Below are positions 29,692-37,801 of a stretch of 64,000 nucleotides of DNA, piece after piece. The stretch lies in the IMG/VR virus record IMGVR_UViG_3300024262_000026, positions 9,025 to 73,024 of that record; one strand, given 5' to 3'. This DNA comes from a virus. The stretch's first letter is position 1, and every line of letters begins with the position of its first letter. The position numbers were made by a program, and so were the translations under genes. The notes beneath the pieces were generated by a model, which ran no database searches, had not been told where the DNA came from, and was given only the letters and a program-made list of their open reading frames with translations.

Positions 29692-30718
29692 TTTTATAAA
29701 TAAAAATATAGTTGGCGACTCAGTAGAATTGATGAAGCAAATTCCTGATAATGTTATTGATTTAACAGTAACATCACCACCATACGATAATCTCAGAACA
29801 TATAAAGGTAAAATAAAAGATAATATTACTTTTGATGATTATTCATTTCCTTTTCAGGAAATGGCACAAGAACTCTATCGTATAACAAAGAAAGGTGGTA
29901 TCGTTGTATGGGTAGTAAACGATCAAGTAAAAAATGGTGGAGAAACTGGCACATCATTTAGAATGGCATTATATTTTCAACAAATAGGATTCACTATTTA
30001 TGACACTATGATTTATCACAAAAATGGTCCACCATTTCCAGAATCTGGTAGATATTCACAAGTTTTTGAATATATGTTTGTATTTTCAAAGGGTAAACCA
30101 AATACTGTCAATTTAATTAAAGATAAAGAAAATCGTTGGTCAGGACACCAAAATTTTGGCACACCTTCTGCAAGAACAAAAGAAGGCAACTTAAAAAAAT
30201 CTGAAGCATTTACTGTTGCAGAATATGGCACAAGATATAATGTTTGGTACATCAATGCTGGTAAAGGCTACACAACTAAGGACGATTATGCTTACGTTCA
30301 CCCAGCAATGTTCCCAGAAAGTTTATCGGAGGATCATATTTTATCTTGGACAAATGAAGGTGATATTGTATTAGATCCGATGTGTGGAGCAGGCACCACT
30401 TGTAAAATGGCAAAACTTAATAATCGTAAATACGTGGGTATGGACATCAATCAAGAGTATGTTGATATATCTGACAGACGAGTAGAGATCGTGTCTTACA
30501 ACAAGGATAAACCTAACCCAAAGGTTAAATTTATCGTTTCAAGGGATGAAATCTTAGAAAAACGAAAGAAAACTAGAGAAGAAAACAAAAGAAAGAAAGA
30601 AATGGATTTAACGGAAAAAGATATAGAAATTTTGGAAAAAACAATTGAAAATCCACCAGAACCAAATGAAAAATTAAAGGAAGCTGCGGAAAAATATAAA
30701 GAAGATATAGATGATTAG
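29675..30718 (+). CDS. DNA methyltransferase (N4/N6 family, beta class, likely m4C) with C-terminal extension
   Basis: TSPPY catalytic motif, HPAMFP, VLDPMCGAGTT SAM motif. Confidence 0.9.
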   Translation: MKYPNDFINKNIVGDSVELMKQIPDNVIDLTVTSPPYDNLRTYKGKIKDNITFDDYSFPFQEMAQELYRITKKGGIVVWVVNDQVKNGGETGTSFRMALYFQQIGFTIYDTMIYHKNGPPFPESGRYSQVFEYMFVFSKGKPNTVNLIKDKENRWSGHQNFGTPSARTKEGNLKKSEAFTVAEYGTRYNVWYINAGKGYTTKDDYAYVHPAMFPESLSEDHILSWTNEGDIVLDPMCGAGTTCKMAKLNNRKYVGMDINQEYVDISDRRVEIVSYNKDKPNPKVKFIVSRDEILEKRKKTREENKRKKEMDLTEKDIEILEKTIENPPEPNEKLKEAAEKYKEDIDD

Positions 30719-30893
30719 CGAAGAATTACTTAAAATTCACTATAATAGTCGTAATGATGGTTTTGATGAAGAAGAAGATGATGACTATGAAAAAATTCAA
30801 GAAATTTATAAGCAATCCGCATATGAATATGAAAAGTGTGTGAAATTATATATTGATTATATGGAACAAGAAAAAATAAAAGTAAACAGATGA
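30711..30893 (+). CDS. Small acidic hypothetical protein
   Basis: 60-aa ORF overlapping the MTase end. Confidence 0.5.
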   Translation: MISEELLKIHYNSRNDGFDEEEDDDYEKIQEIYKQSAYEYEKCVKLYIDYMEQEKIKVNR

Positions 30894-30915
30894 GTAAATT
30901 AAAAAGTGAATTATT

Positions 30916-31650
30916 TTAAAGTTTATGATTATTTATTCTATTTTGTGCTAATTCAAAAGTTTCAGACTCTATCTCAATACCAATAAATTTTCTATTAGTG
31001 TTAAGGCAAGCTATTCCTGTAGTACCTGAACCCATAACATTATCCAACACAACATCGCCTTCATTTGTGTAAGTTTTTATTAATTCTTCTAACAATTCTA
31101 TACTTTTCTCTGTTCTATGAAGAGACTTGCTAGGGTGTGGCTTTTGAAAAGAAAAAATAGATGTTGGGTATTTTTCTGTTGTGCCCGCTCTCGAATCATC
31201 AACCATATCAAAATCACCATAATTTTGATTTTTATGTTCTTTATTTAAATATGATGTACCTTTAGAATGTAATGGTTTGCCACATATAAATTGTGGATTA
31301 TAAGTTGGCAATTTTGAATAAAAGACAGCTATTTGTTCATGAACCCTCAATGGCATCCTGTTTGCATTTAAAAATCCACTAATCAATTGTTTATCCCAAA
31401 TTATATCATATCTAAACATTTTTCTATTTGAATTAACTAAATCAACATAAAATATACCTTGAGAGAATAATAATATTGGACCATTATCTTTAATAACTCT
31501 TTTATATTGCTTCCATAATGGCTCAAAAGGAATTCTAATATCCTTCTTATTTTGTGTCACACCAAACGGCAAGTCTGCCAATATTATATCGACACTTTTA
31601 TCTTCTATTTTATTCATCACATTTAAACAATCACCCTTATATAATATCAT
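30916..31650 (-). CDS. DNA methyltransferase (N4/N6 family, beta class)
   Basis: ADLPFG, HRTEKS, VLDNVMGSGTTG. Confidence 0.88.
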   Translation of the reverse strand: MILYKGDCLNVMNKIEDKSVDIILADLPFGVTQNKKDIRIPFEPLWKQYKRVIKDNGPILLFSQGIFYVDLVNSNRKMFRYDIIWDKQLISGFLNANRMPLRVHEQIAVFYSKLPTYNPQFICGKPLHSKGTSYLNKEHKNQNYGDFDMVDDSRAGTTEKYPTSIFSFQKPHPSKSLHRTEKSIELLEELIKTYTNEGDVVLDNVMGSGTTGIACLNTNRKFIGIEIESETFELAQNRINNHKL

Positions 31651-31754
31651 ATATTTTATTAATTTTTACTTTATATATTTAAAAAATGATATTGTTTTTG
31701 TTACCTTTTTACATTTACATTTTTAATATATAAATAAAAACCACTTTTTATAAA

Positions 31755-32798
31755 ATGAAATGGACAAAAGAAGAATGTACAAAAGAGGCACAAAAATATT
31801 TATATAAAAAAGATTTTAAAAAATATTCATCAGGCGCATATACATCATCAATTAAAAATAAATGGTTGGATGATATAACTAAACATATGATATCTTTACG
31901 AAAAAGCAAAGATGAGTGGACATTAGAAGAATGTAGAGATATTGCAAAAAAATACAAAACAAGGACAGAATTTAATAAAAAAAGTATATCAGCTTATAGA
32001 ATATCATTATCTAATGATTGGATAGCTGATGTTTGTTCACATATGAATTGTTATGGTAATAGGTATTTGAGATGTATATACTCATATGAATTTAGTGATA
32101 ACTCAATATATATTGGGTTAACATATAATACGGATAATAGACATAAAAAACATATGTTTAAAGGAACAGTAAAAGAACATATGATTAAAATTAACGAGAA
32201 TCCAAAAATTAAAAAATTAACAGAATATCTACCAATAAATGAAGCAAAAAATGAAGAATATAAATATGTAGAATTTTATAAAAAAAATGGCTGGAAAATT
32301 TTGAACAAAATAAAAACAGGGGGAGTTGGAGGCACATCAATCATATGGAATTATGAAAATTGTAAAAAGGAATCATTGAAATATAAAAGTAGAAGTGAAT
32401 TTGCAAAAAATAACGGTAGCGCATACTATTCATCTATAAAAAACAAATGGCTAGATGATATATGTTCTCATATGATACTAAAAAAGAAACCTAATGGATA
32501 TTGGAATTATGAAAATTGTAAAAAAGAAGCCTTAAGATATAAAACTAAAAAATTTTTTTATAAAAACTCAAAAGGTGCTTATAACTCAGCAAAAAGAAAC
32601 AAATGGCTTAATAATATCTGTGAACATATGATAGGTAATAAAAACATAGGATATTGGAATTATGAAAATTGTAAAAAAGAAGCTTTAAAATATAAAACTA
32701 AAACAGAATTTAAAACTAAATGTGGTAGTGGCTATTTTTATAGCTATAAAAACAAATGGCTTAATGATATCTGTGAACATATGACAAAAAGCGATTGA
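31755..32798 (+). CDS. GIY-YIG-like endonuclease flanked by five ~50-aa helical repeats
   Basis: CIYSYEFSDNSIYIGLT...R...H...E...LN; repeats W(T/N)xEEC/ENC..EA.KY....F.....AY....NKWL.DIC.HM. Confidence 0.7.
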   Translation: MKWTKEECTKEAQKYLYKKDFKKYSSGAYTSSIKNKWLDDITKHMISLRKSKDEWTLEECRDIAKKYKTRTEFNKKSISAYRISLSNDWIADVCSHMNCYGNRYLRCIYSYEFSDNSIYIGLTYNTDNRHKKHMFKGTVKEHMIKINENPKIKKLTEYLPINEAKNEEYKYVEFYKKNGWKILNKIKTGGVGGTSIIWNYENCKKESLKYKSRSEFAKNNGSAYYSSIKNKWLDDICSHMILKKKPNGYWNYENCKKEALRYKTKKFFYKNSKGAYNSAKRNKWLNNICEHMIGNKNIGYWNYENCKKEALKYKTKTEFKTKCGSGYFYSYKNKWLNDICEHMTKSD

Positions 32799-32806
32799 TT
32801 TAATTA

Positions 32807-33334
32807 ATGGAACTACCTAATAATGAACAAATATATAAAGATATGTTTGATATGATGAATAAGGTTTTCAAAGAAAATAACGTTTTTCAAAGAAAACCAA
32901 CAATACTTTATGATGATTATTATACAAATTTTATAACATTTTTGAAAAATAGCTTTGAATATGATCGTTTTCAAAATGAAAAGTTAAATATTGTTGATTA
33001 TGTTGATAATTTTAAAAATTTAGAACTATTCTTTAAAATTATCAGTAATACGAATGTTTTTTTAGTTGAACAACCATCATTTATTTTGCATTATCTTCAA
33101 GATGATAACCAACTAACTACAATTACTAAACAAGTATCCGAAACAAACATTTATGGCTTTGTTGATGAATTTAATAAAAGCAATAAAATATTTATTTTAT
33201 ATATGATTAGGAGTAATGGAATGTTGAGATATGTCACAGTTGATAAAGATCCAAGATACATACAACTTAATGTGAAAGAAAGATTAAAGAAAGAAAGAAG
33301 ATTAAAATTAGAACAAATAAATGAAACAATATAA
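32807..33334 (+). CDS. Hypothetical protein with C-terminal RxxKLxxI motif
   Basis: Ends ERRLKLEQINETI. Confidence 0.7.
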   Translation: MELPNNEQIYKDMFDMMNKVFKENNVFQRKPTILYDDYYTNFITFLKNSFEYDRFQNEKLNIVDYVDNFKNLELFFKIISNTNVFLVEQPSFILHYLQDDNQLTTITKQVSETNIYGFVDEFNKSNKIFILYMIRSNGMLRYVTVDKDPRYIQLNVKERLKKERRLKLEQINETI

Positions 33335-33707
33335 ATGGATAATATGGTTTCCTAAAAAATGGGAGAGACATACACATTCATCTCCTTCTGTGCTTTATGG
33401 ATATTTAGATGGTGAAATATTTATATCAAATAAATATCTTTTCAATACTGACATTGAAAGTGAATCTAATGGTTTCACACCTATTGATGAAAGATTTAAA
33501 GAAAAATATTATTATGAATTTTTTGATTCTAAAGATGATGTCGTTATATTGAGCAAAGAACTTCAAAGGGAAAAATATAAAATAAAACAAGAATTTCAAG
33601 ATAAAATGGAAAACTTTTATTCTAAAACATCTTTAAAAAAGATGAAAAATAAAATTAGAGAAGCGAAATTAAAACAAATAAATGAGCAAATTTACGATAG
33701 GGGATAG
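33321..33707 (+). CDS. Hypothetical protein with C-terminal RxxKLxxI motif
   Basis: Ends IREAKLKQINEQIYDRG. Confidence 0.7.
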   Translation: MKQYKWIIWFPKKWERHTHSSPSVLYGYLDGEIFISNKYLFNTDIESESNGFTPIDERFKEKYYYEFFDSKDDVVILSKELQREKYKIKQEFQDKMENFYSKTSLKKMKNKIREAKLKQINEQIYDRG

Positions 33708-33951
33708 AGTTATTTATATTGGTTTCAATGATGATGGTTTAGATGGTCCAAATGCTTGGAAATTAGAAAGATTGCAAGAATATACTATCACAAATAAAGC
33801 ATTTGAAACACATAAAGATACAGGTATGTTTTATGGTGTGAGAGATTATAAAGGTGTAGAAACTACTTGGTATAAAGAAAAGGATTTTATAAGTATTGTT
33901 GAAGCTAGAAAATTAAAATTAGATAAGATAAATGATAGATATAACATATAA
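33682..33951 (+). CDS. Small SH3/KOW-like protein with C-terminal RxxKLxxI motif
   Basis: MSKFTIGDRVIYIG; ends ARKLKLDKINDRYNI. Confidence 0.7.
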   Translation: MSKFTIGDRVIYIGFNDDGLDGPNAWKLERLQEYTITNKAFETHKDTGMFYGVRDYKGVETTWYKEKDFISIVEARKLKLDKINDRYNI

Positions 33952-34765
33952 TAGAACAGAAAACACAACTCGGGTAGAATTATCAACATTTAACATTTTT
34001 AATGAGGAACAATTACCTCTTGTAGTAAAATTTAAAAATTTTATTAACAATAAAATAGTTTGGACTCGAAAATTAGATGAAGGTTGTTGGGTTGAATGGT
34101 CAGGTGGTGAAGTCATATACAATTTTACAATTGATACTGCTCAAGAACAACGAGTATTAGATTGGAAATATCAAGTTGAAAATAATGGCACACTTGTAGA
34201 AAAAACATTATATTATTTCATTAAAAATACCCCACATAGAACTAAAGGACTTATTGTTGGTTCACATAATGGATTATGGGGTCAATGGATATTTCCAGTA
34301 ATAGAAAATGCTTGTGATGTTGTAATGGTTGATGGTAGTTCACTTCAATTGGAAGAAGCCAAAATAAACTATTCTCATCTAAATAATTGTAAATTTATAA
34401 ATGAAATAGTTACACCTGATGGTAAAGATGTTACTTGGTTTCAAGGTAAAGAAGGGTGTACAGATACCGTGGATAAGAAAATTATTTCAAAATTTTTAAA
34501 CGAAGATGAAATCATAAGTAGTTTTAGAACGACTATATCAATAAACAATATTTTTGAACAATACGGAAACTTTGATTGGCTCTATTTAGATGCTGAAGGT
34601 ATAGACTCAGATTTAATATTATCTCTTAATTATCATCCTGGTTTAATAATATATGAACCTGATCATATCTCTGATAAACAAAATATCAAATTGATGGAAT
34701 GGTTTAAATTAAATGGGTATAAAGTATTTGAAGAATTAGATTGTATAGCAATAAAAGAAATATGA
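33932..34765 (+). CDS. FkbM-like SAM-dependent methyltransferase with N-terminal extra domain
   Basis: IVGSHNG, VMVDG, FDWLYLDAEGID, IIYE. Confidence 0.65.
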   Translation: MIDITYNRTENTTRVELSTFNIFNEEQLPLVVKFKNFINNKIVWTRKLDEGCWVEWSGGEVIYNFTIDTAQEQRVLDWKYQVENNGTLVEKTLYYFIKNTPHRTKGLIVGSHNGLWGQWIFPVIENACDVVMVDGSSLQLEEAKINYSHLNNCKFINEIVTPDGKDVTWFQGKEGCTDTVDKKIISKFLNEDEIISSFRTTISINNIFEQYGNFDWLYLDAEGIDSDLILSLNYHPGLIIYEPDHISDKQNIKLMEWFKLNGYKVFEELDCIAIKEI

Positions 34766-35022
34766 GATACGAAAAAGAATATTTAGATAAAATTGGAATG
34801 AAAGTATCACACAAAATTGATGAAGATACAATGGCACCAATAGTAACATTTGAACTTAATGGTGTTGAATCTACAATAAAAATGACAAGACTTGATATGG
34901 AAGATTTTAAAAGTGGTCCACCATATGATGATTTTATTGTTAAAAGAATTAACTCACATATAACAGAATTAATAAAAATTGTTAGGAAAAAGAAATTGGA
35001 AGATATAAATGAAATGGACTGA
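34762..35022 (+). CDS. Hypothetical protein (paralog A) with C-terminal RxxKLxxI motif
   Basis: ATG overlaps upstream TGA; TMAP...NG...TR..MEDFK; ends VRKKKLEDINEMD. Confidence 0.7.
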   Translation: MRYEKEYLDKIGMKVSHKIDEDTMAPIVTFELNGVESTIKMTRLDMEDFKSGPPYDDFIVKRINSHITELIKIVRKKKLEDINEMD

Positions 35023-35290
35023 AGAAAGAAGAAAAGCATACGGTATTGATTTAGATACTATGAGTGAAGCGACAATGGCACCAAGATTAAGAATAACAAT
35101 TAATGGATACTCAACCTTAATGTCATTAACTAGAGAATTTATAGAAGATTTAAAATGGCAAACACCGAATTCAGAAGTGTTTATTGATAGTATGATAGAT
35201 GATGAAATTGAAAGACACCCTGAATTTAAAAGGATAGTCAGAAAAAAGAAATTGGAACAAATTGAACGATTGGACAGAACGGATAGATAA
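35009..35290 (+). CDS. Hypothetical protein (paralog B) with C-terminal RxxKLxxI motif
   Basis: TMAP...NG...TR..IEDLK; ends VRKKKLEQIERLDRTDR. Confidence 0.7.
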   Translation: MKWTEERRKAYGIDLDTMSEATMAPRLRITINGYSTLMSLTREFIEDLKWQTPNSEVFIDSMIDDEIERHPEFKRIVRKKKLEQIERLDRTDR

Positions 35291-35291
35291 T

Positions 35292-35564
35292 ATGTATTGG
35301 TGGGATGAATATAAAAAAGAAACTATTATAATCTCCAAAGAAGATGTTAATGAATCAGTAGGTAAAGGTATGCCTACTAAGATCATAAAGAAAAACACAA
35401 AACTAAAAATTACAGATAGTTTCAAATTTATGATATTTGTAGAAGATGAAAATAGAAATTTGGGGGTAATTGATACTAAAGATATAAATAGATTTTATAA
35501 TACTAAAGAAAGTGCTAAAATTATTAGAAAAGAAAAATTAGATAAGATAAATGATAAAATATAA
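35292..35564 (+). CDS. Hypothetical protein with C-terminal RxxKLxxI motif
   Basis: ATG at 35292 (ORF track uses TTG 35262); ends IRKEKLDKINDKI. Confidence 0.65.
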   Translation: MYWWDEYKKETIIISKEDVNESVGKGMPTKIIKKNTKLKITDSFKFMIFVEDENRNLGVIDTKDINRFYNTKESAKIIRKEKLDKINDKI

Positions 35565-36108
35565 TTTTGGAATAGAATGTGAAATATCTTGGAATAAATT
35601 TCTCTGTGTTAATATGGGTGAAGAAAGACGATATAAACAAGAATTTGAAAATTTTAATGAATTTTTCTATTTTTTAGAACACAATAAACGAACTATAACA
35701 AAATTATTATTTGATGGGTATGAATATATTCTTCAAAATGGACTATTACATAATTTATACGGACCTGCAAAATTAAGACATAAAGAAAAAGAAGATGGAG
35801 ATCCATTTTTCGGCACAACCAAATGGTTTTTTATCAATGGTAAATTGGTAACCGATAAATTAGAAAACTATAGGGGATGTAAGAATTTAGAAGATTTTGA
35901 AAATAATGAAATTTTCTTTTACGAAGAAGTAACAGGTAAAAAATCTGGTAGAGATGAAAAGACTGGACAACTTTATAGACGAAAAGAGGGTATTGATTAT
36001 ATAAAACATCCAATAAATTTAGAATCACTTAGACAAAAAGATATAAGAAAAAAGAAATTAGACCAAATAGATGAGCAAGATAATTATAATCAGCAATACC
36101 CAATTTAA
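35551..36108 (+). CDS. Hypothetical protein with LHxxxGPA unit and C-terminal RxxKLxxI motif
   Basis: GLLHNLYGPA...WFFINGK; IRKKKLDQIDE near the end. Confidence 0.7.
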   Translation: MIKYNFGIECEISWNKFLCVNMGEERRYKQEFENFNEFFYFLEHNKRTITKLLFDGYEYILQNGLLHNLYGPAKLRHKEKEDGDPFFGTTKWFFINGKLVTDKLENYRGCKNLEDFENNEIFFYEEVTGKKSGRDEKTGQLYRRKEGIDYIKHPINLESLRQKDIRKKKLDQIDEQDNYNQQYPI

Positions 36109-37039
36109 CATATCAAAAAACCTTACAACTAAAGAATGGTTGAAGAATATGGATTATTATTTCAACAACGAATTTATACCTTATTTAAAGCAAAATAAGA
36201 GCGATAACGACATATTAGTACACTTAGGTAATCTACTATCAAATACCAAAAACATCAACTTAGAAGTCTTAAAATTCATTCAGGAGACATTTGAGAGTAT
36301 AAGTTCAATACTACCAGTCTATATTTTAAACGGTGAAAATGATACACACACAAAAACCATCTTAAACAACATTAAAGATATTGAAATAATATCAGAACCT
36401 AAAGAAATTGAAATTTTATTAGACCAAAGATTCGCAATGTTACCAAGTAATAGTAAAGTAGAAGATATTGACAAATTTGATTCTGATTATTGTTTTTTTC
36501 ACTTTGATATTAATACACCTCAAAGAGATTCAATACTTAAAAAATTATCAAAATTTCAAAAATGTTATTGTGGTTATTATGATAAAAATGGTGTTATGAA
36601 AAATATTAAATTTTTAGGTTCACCATACAACTTAGAAAAAGATGAAAAGAAAGGGTTTATTGTTCTAGAAACACACACTAATAAAGATAAATTTATTCTT
36701 AATAAAATAAGTCCATCATTTAAAAAAATTACAATAAATGATGATGAAGATTTTGAAATAGATAAATCCATATTTTTAAATAACTACGTGAGTCTCACAT
36801 TAAATAAAAAACTTTTTGTTGATAATAAACTAAAAATAGAAATGTTATTATCAGAAAATGATTTTAAAAATGTTTCTTATACGGATGATGATATTAAAAG
36901 AGATAGAGATCTGATACAATTAGATGGCGAATCAGTTTCATTGAAAGAGATGATATCCGAATATATACAGAAATCAGAAATAGATAATAAAGATAGATTA
37001 TTACAAGAATTTGAAAAAATAACAAAATTAAATGGATAA
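36071..37039 (+). CDS. gp47/Mre11/SbcD-like protein with degenerate metal-binding motifs
   Basis: IISNTQF, VHLGNL, LNGEND, YCGYYD, FLGSPY...KKGF...NKISPSF match the gp47 layout but lack the D/H ligands. Confidence 0.7.
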   Translation: MSKIIIISNTQFNISKNLTTKEWLKNMDYYFNNEFIPYLKQNKSDNDILVHLGNLLSNTKNINLEVLKFIQETFESISSILPVYILNGENDTHTKTILNNIKDIEIISEPKEIEILLDQRFAMLPSNSKVEDIDKFDSDYCFFHFDINTPQRDSILKKLSKFQKCYCGYYDKNGVMKNIKFLGSPYNLEKDEKKGFIVLETHTNKDKFILNKISPSFKKITINDDEDFEIDKSIFLNNYVSLTLNKKLFVDNKLKIEMLLSENDFKNVSYTDDDIKRDRDLIQLDGESVSLKEMISEYIQKSEIDNKDRLLQEFEKITKLNG

Positions 37040-37235
37040 TTATTACAAAGAATTATTAAAGAAACATTATGAATCAATAAATGAAAAAGATATACAAGAG
37101 TATATGGATTTCTGTTTGGATTACGTTAAAGAAAACATCATAAATTGTTATAGTAATGAGAAATCAACAAAAAATGTTATTGAAGAATTATTTAAAAGAG
37201 GTATGGCTAAAAAATGGAAATTAAAACATGATTGA
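37032..37235 (+). CDS. Small hypothetical protein
   Basis: 67-aa ORF overlapping both neighbours. Confidence 0.55.
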   Translation: MDNYYKELLKKHYESINEKDIQEYMDFCLDYVKENIINCYSNEKSTKNVIEELFKRGMAKKWKLKHD

Positions 37236-37494
37236 TTTAAAAGGTAAAGTAAATTTTAGGGATTTTACTACAGAAGATTTATTGGAATTGGGAATACAAA
37301 GTATTTCTACAATATCTGAGGCTTCTTGGAAACCAAAAGTTATGTTTAAATTTTTGGACGGCAATGAAGAATCATTTAGTGTAAATAAAGATGAAAATAT
37401 TGAAGATAAAATAAACAATAAAATAAACGAAATTGTTAGAAAGAAAATAGTAGAACAACGAAAAGAAAAACTAAACCAATTAAAATGTTATTAG
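37228..37494 (+). CDS. Hypothetical protein with C-terminal RxxKLxxL motif
   Basis: Ends QRKEKLNQLKCY. Confidence 0.7.
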   Translation: MIDLKGKVNFRDFTTEDLLELGIQSISTISEASWKPKVMFKFLDGNEESFSVNKDENIEDKINNKINEIVRKKIVEQRKEKLNQLKCY

Positions 37495-37754
37495 ATTTCA
37501 CAACATTGTCAGATGATCAAATACAATTTTTCCTAAAATTTTTAAAAGCTGACATAATTGAAAAAGGAGAAATTGAAAGATATATATTATCAGGTAAATG
37601 TATCAAAATTAAAATATCGTATTATGATACTATTATAATTGAACCTGAAAAAATTATATTTTATCCTGAGGTTGGTACACCTCAAACTATTCTCACAATT
37701 GAAAATATTCAAAATTGTGTTAATCTATATAATGAATTGATTAAAAATAATTAG
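37485..37754 (+). CDS. Hypothetical protein
   Basis: 89-aa ORF, last in the array before the terminator. Confidence 0.6.
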   Translation: MLLDFTTLSDDQIQFFLKFLKADIIEKGEIERYILSGKCIKIKISYYDTIIIEPEKIIFYPEVGTPQTILTIENIQNCVNLYNELIKNN

Positions 37755-37757
37755 CAT

Positions 37758-37792
37758 AAAAAAAGAGAAAGTTAAAACTTTCTCTTTTTTTT
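37758..37792. terminator. Bidirectional intrinsic terminator
   Basis: AAAAAAAGAGAAAGTT-AA-AACTTTCTCTTTTTTT. Confidence 0.85.
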
Positions 37793-37801
37793 ATGTAAGT
37801 A

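Noticed and set aside
29675-32798. Restriction-modification system (two MTases + nuclease)
   Set aside because: The MTases are convergent orphans and the nuclease has homing-endonuclease-like repeat architecture with its own late-type motif; no evidence of cognate pairing
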